Positions 59,012-64,000 of a stretch of 64,000 nucleotides of DNA are shown piece after piece. Both the position numbers and the translations under genes were made by a program. Every line of letters starts with the position of its first letter. Within the stretch, counting starts at the first letter, position 1. The notes under the pieces are model-generated. The model made no database searches and was not told where the DNA came from. It saw only the letters and a program-made list of their open reading frames with translations. The DNA comes from Macrostomum lignano (taxonomy: Eukaryota): contig NIVC01000819.1 of the NCBI GenBank assembly GCA_002269645.1, forward strand, positions 124,001 through 188,000, in the 5' to 3' direction.

Positions 59012-62000
59012 CTATTTCCCTTTGACAATATCGGCGCTGGTCCGCTGGGCCCGCTTCCTGCGCAGGATGGCGTCCTTGGGCACGGGACCGATGCGCCGGC
59101 CCATCAGCACGGACACCCGCGGCGCGGTCAGCCGCTTGTGCGCCTGGATGGAGTTGAACTCGCGGCAGACCGGGGCTCGCATCGCGCCCTCGAATTGCTC
59201 AGCGTTGGCGTAAGGGAACGGCACGCCTTTGACCAGATGGCGGCGCAGCGCCTGGCCTGCGCCCAGCCGCTCCCGGATGATCACGTGACCGTGGGCTGCG
59301 TCCCGGCGCTTCCGGCGAGGCGCCTTGATGACGAATTTCTGGCGGCGCTCCTCGGACACTGGCCGGGTGCCGGGGCCTGTCCAGGTGTTCCAGCCGGGCA
59401 GGAACAGGTCCACGTCTTTTGGCTGCTCCTGGAATCGAGTGGGGTGGACTGGAATGGACTCGGCTGGATTGCTTTGAGCAGCTTTGGGCAGTAGCTATGA
59501 GCAGAGTAGCTATGAGCAGAGTAGCTATGAGCAGAGTAGCTTTGGGCAGAGTAGCTATGAGCAGAGTAGCTTTGAGCAGAGTTTCTATGAGCAGAGTAGC
59601 TGTGAGCAAAGTAGCTATGAGCAGAGTAGCTTTGAGCAGAGTTTCTATGAGCAGAGTAGCTATGAGCAGAGTTTCTATGAGCAGAGTAGCTTTGAGCAGA
59701 GTAGCTTTGAGCAGAGTTTCTATGAGCAGAGTAGCTTTGAGCAGAGTTTCTATGAGCAGAGTAGCTATGAGCAGAGTAGCGGGGTTACAGCGATCGCACC
59801 TCGTCAGCCACGGCGGCCTTCTCCCGCTCAAAGTCGGCCTTGGCGTCGGCTTCGGTCTCGGCCACCTCCTCGGCCAGCAGTTCGTCGGTGCGCAGGCGGG
59901 CCAAGCTCCGCCTGGACGAGGCGGCCTCCAGGGCGTCGCCGTCTTCGTCTCCGGCGGCGTCGACGGTTGGCAGAGAGGGCATGTGGCTGAGGTCGAGTTC
60001 CAGACTGCGCTGCTGCTGCTGCCGCTTCTGTCCGGCTGATGAGGCAAGAGTTGATGAGGCCGCGCTGAGTCTGGAGGGGAAGCGTCAATATGATAGACAG
60101 TCAAACAGAAGAATAAAAGCTCAATATATAATTATCCGCTGTCTATTGTCCCATCTACTCCATACCATCCTATCTAATCAATACCTTGCCATCAACTCCC
60201 TACTCTCTCATCTTCTCCCCTCTACTCTCCTATCTACTCCATACCCTCCCATCAACTCCCTACTCTCCCATTCACTCCCTACTGTCCCATCTACTCCCTA
60301 CTCTCCCATTCACTCCCTACTGTCCCATCTACTCCCTACTGTCCCATCTACTCCCTACTCTCCCATCTACTCCCTACTGTCCCATCTACTCCCTACTGTC
60401 CCATCTACTCCCTACTGTCCCATCTACTCCCTACTGTCCCATCTACTCCCTACTGTCCCATCTACTCCCTACTGTTCCATCTACTCCCTACTGTCCCATC
60501 TACTCCCTACTGTCCCATCTACTCCCTACTGTCCCATCTACTCCCTACTGTCCCATCTACTCCATACCTCCCATCTACTCCATACCCTCCCATCTACTCC
60601 CTACTCTCCCATCTACTCCCTACTGTCCCATCTACTCCCTTCTCTCTCTACCTACTCCCTACTCTCCCAGCCTACTCACTACTCTCCCCTCTACTCCCAC
60701 CCTACCAGCCACTCACCCCGTGGACCTGGCGGGCCGCAGGCTGGCTGGCACAGTCTCGTCCTTGTCCTCCTCCGCGGTGCCGTCATTCCAATCGTCAACA
60801 AGATCCTCGGGAAGCTGGACGGCGGCCTCATCGCCGCTAGATTTGGCATCGCTATCCTCGCCGCTGCTGTCGCCATTGGCATCGCCGTCGGTCTTCTCGG
60901 TGAGCTCCTTGCCCCGCTGGATCATGTCCTGCACCGCCTGCCTGGCCGCGTCGTCAAACTTGGCCCGCAACTTCTGCTGCCTGGCGAACTTGCTGCCGCC
61001 CCGGTGCCGCTGGCTGATCCGCTCGTCTGCGCGCGCCCGCTCCAGCGCCGCCATCCGCTCGGCGAACGCGGCCGGGTCCGAGTCCTTCAGAGCGGTCAGC
61101 TCGGCCTCCTCCTGCTTGAGCTTGGCCCGGCGAGCGTGCTTCCTGTAGGATTTGGATTTAATCCGCGACTGGCGCTTCAGCTTCTCTTCTAAGAAATGGC
61201 GCCGAGCTATTAGGCGCCGGTTTGAGGCCAGGCGCTCGCGAACTTTGGCGCCATCGAGCTGATTTGGATTCTTCTGCTGCTGCTGCTGCGGATTCCCGGC
61301 GGCCAGGCCGGCAGCCTCGGCGATGGCCGTCTGGTTGTACAGCCGGCGGTACAGCCGACTCTCGAGGTCGTCGACGACTGGCGCCGACGTCGTGGGAGCA
61401 GCGCCAGATTCGCCTTTGGCGCTGTCAGGATCGGCGCTCATTGCAACGGCGATGTCGACGCGGGCCCGCTGGCGATAGTCGGAGACGGACTGCGGCCGCG
61501 GGGCGCCGGTGGCGGGCAGCGGGAAGCTCACCTCCTCGGACAGGCGATTTCGCTCGACGTAGCCGTACCAGCGGCCGAGGTCCTGGGAGGTCACACGCAA
61601 ATCTTGGTAAGGAGCTTTGGCGCTGGGCGCACCGATCTTGGAGGGACTTGGAGGGCGATTCTCAATGGGAGGAGAAGGAGATTCTCAATGGGAGGAGAAG
61701 GAGATTCTCAATGGGAGGAGAAGGAGATTCTCAATGGGAGGAGAAGGAGATTCTCAATGGGAGGAGAAGGAGATTCTCAATGGGAGGAGAAGGAGATTCT
61801 CAATGGGAGGAGAAGGAGATTCTCAATGGGAGGAGAAGGAGATTCTCAATGGGAGGAGAAGGAGATTCTCAATGGGAGGAGAAGGAGATTCTCAATGGGA
61901 GGAGAAGGAGATTCTCAATGGGAGGAGAAGGAGATTCTAAATTGGAGAAGAGGGCCATTCTCAATGAGGGTAGAGTCTAGTAGGCGAGTTTCAAGTGCCG

Positions 62001-62434
62001 CCTCGAACGGCTAATGCAATTCTCAAAGATCCGAGCCTCACCTTATTCGCTCTCTCATATGCCGCGATCCGCTGCGACTTGGCCTCCGTCAGCTTCGCTG
62101 GTGCCTCCAGCACCCGGTGCCGCCGTTTGGCCGCCCGCAGCTCCTGGCCGACCGCCCGTTTAGCGGCCTGGCCGCCCAGCGCCGTGGCCAGAATCTGCCG
62201 CATCGAGGACGCCGCGCCACCGGCCGAGCGCAGTCCGTGGACGTCCATGGCCGATGACGGAGGTCGGCGCTCCGAACGTCGGCGTCCATCCACTTTGAGG
62301 GTGCGGCGCAGGCCGCTCAGCAGGGCCGCGTGATCCTCCTCTGGTACATCCGCACTGGCCTCTTCTCCGGCAGACATTGTTGCTTCTGCTTCTTCTTCTA
62401 GAGGGTCATCGTCGCTGTCTTCACGATTTTTCAT
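59012..62434 (-). CDS. UTP14: U3 snoRNP-associated protein 14 (~648 aa, 4 exons)
   Basis: AAYERANK|DLGRWYGYVERNRLSEEVSFPL, QSRIKSKSYRKHARR, RADERISQRHRGGSKFAR, PKDVDLFLPGWNTWTGPG, VPFPY..EQFE..MRAPVCREFN. Exons 62434-62042 / 61582-60717 / 60070-59800 / 59428-59012. The start codon is uncertain. Confidence 0.92.
59490..59780 (+). repeat. Intronic 15-bp minisatellite TATGAGCAGAGTAGC
   Basis: Visible. Confidence 0.95.
60140..60700 (+). repeat. Intronic 19-bp minisatellite TGTCCCATCTACTCCCTAC
   Basis: Visible, with degenerate edges. Confidence 0.92.
61650..61960 (+). repeat. Intronic 23-bp minisatellite GATTCTCAATGGGAGGAGAAGGA
   Basis: Visible. Confidence 0.95.
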
Positions 62435-62504
62435 CTGGGATTTCGTTCTGGAGAGTGCGTTTGAGTCCAATTAGAGCTGAAGCAGATTGCTTTGAATTGA
62501 GTTG

Positions 62505-63700
62505 ACGATTCTGAATGGGATAGAGAGCGATTCTGAATGGGATAGAGAGCGATTCTGAATGGGATAGAGAGCGATTCTGAATGGGATAGAGAGCGATTCT
62601 GAATGGGATAGAGAGCGATTCTGAATGGGATAGAGAGCGATTCTGAATGGGAAAGAGAGCGATTCTGAATGGGATAGAGAGCGATTCTGAATGGGATAGA
62701 GAGCGATTCTGAATGGGATAGAGAGCGATTCTGAATGGGATAGAGAGCGATTCTGAATGGAATAGAGAGCGATTCTGAATGGGAAAGAGAGCGATTCTGA
62801 ATGGGATAGAGAGCGATTCTGAATGGGATAGAGAGCGATTCTGAATGGAATAGAGAGTGATTCTGAATGGGATAGAGAGCGAGTCTGAATGGGATAGAGA
62901 GCGATTTTGAATGAGATAGAGGGAGATTCTGAATGGGATAGAGAGCGATTCTGAATGGGATAGAGAGCGATTCTGAATGGGATAGAGAGCGATTCTGAAT
63001 GGGATAGAGAGCGATTCTAAATGGGATAGAGGGCTATTCTGAATGGGATAGAGAGCGATTCTAAATGGGATAGAGAGCGATTCTGAATGGGATAGAGAGC
63101 GATTCTGAATGGGATAGAGAGCGATTTTGAATGAGATAGAGGGAGATTCTGAATGGGATAGAGAGCGATTTTGAATGAGATAGAGGGAGATTCTGAATGG
63201 GATAGAGAGCGATTCTGAATGGGATAGAGAGCGATTCTGAATGGGATAGAGAGCGATTCTGAATGGGATAGAGAGCGATTCTAAATGGGATAGAGGGCTA
63301 TTCTGAATGGGATAGAGAGCGATTCTAAATGGGATAGAGAGCGATTCTGAATGGGATAGAGAGCGATTCTGAATGGGATAGAGAGCGATTCTGAATGGGA
63401 TAGAGAGCGATTTTGAATGAGATAGAGGGAGATTCTGAATGGGATAGAGAGCGATTCTGAATGGGATAGAGAGCGATTCTGAATGGGATAGAGAGCGATT
63501 CTGAATGGGATAGAGAGCGATTCTAAATGGGATAGAGGGCTATTCTGAATGGGATAGAGAGCGATTCTAAATGGGATAGAGAGCGATTCTGAATGGGATA
63601 GAGAGCGATTCTGAATGGGATAGAGAGCGATTTTGAATGAGATAGGGAGCGATTTTGAATGAGATAGAGGGCTATTCTGAATGGGTTATAGGGGGATTTT
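62505..63700 (+). repeat. 22-bp minisatellite GATTCTGAATGGGATAGAGAGC (probable 5'UTR intron of UTP14)
   Basis: Visible. A minus-strand acceptor CTTCAG sits at 62477, just downstream of the array. Confidence 0.93.
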
Positions 63701-64000
63701 TAATTGGTTAGAGGGGCGATTCTGAGAATAAGAAATGAATGAACGACAAAATAACGATTCCCTGTACTGTTAAGCCCTCGATAACACTGAAACATTAACA
63801 AGTTTACTTAACGAACAATACACTGTACATACTACTGAACACGCATTTAAGTAGATAAAATGCTCATATATTGTTTATTTGGATAATATACCCTAAATTA
63901 AATTATTAGAAAACGTTCAATTTTAAATTATACAAAATCAACTCATTGAAATTAAAGCAAATACAATGGATACATTTTCAATTTTTTTAATTCCCTACAA

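Overview
This is eukaryotic invertebrate DNA: spliceosomal GT-AG introns, TTAGGG repeats, innexins, GC-rich exons and minisatellite-filled introns. The style resembles the flatworm Macrostomum lignano, which is an inference. Positions 1-15147 contain no genes and form a nested stack of non-autonomous Helitron-type elements. Two minus-strand elements (3488-8107 and 8108-12543) each have a 5'-TC start and a 3' GC hairpin followed by CTAG. They are joined head-to-tail and inserted at an A|T, without a TSD, inside the 23-bp satellite of a third, plus-strand element that ends at 15147. These elements carry satellite arrays, tRNA-like Pol III boxes and telomeric tracts. One of their monomers reappears as separate arrays at about 17-19.4 kb and in an innexin intron. 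The rest of the window holds about 10 genes: a CD225/dispanin exon, a secreted WSC+PAN protein, an unknown coiled-coil protein with RFX X-boxes inside an exon, BBIP1, a RING-less TRIM-NHL-like gene, two tandem innexins, LIMPETin (PET + 6 LIM), PSMD7/Rpn8 and UTP14. Nearly every modelled intron longer than about 200 bp contains its own tandem repeat. There are also two copies of a tRNA-headed SINE with TSDs and several small MITEs. Exon coordinates were derived by hand from splice signals and frame continuity. Repeat boundaries are approximate (+/- 20-30 bp).
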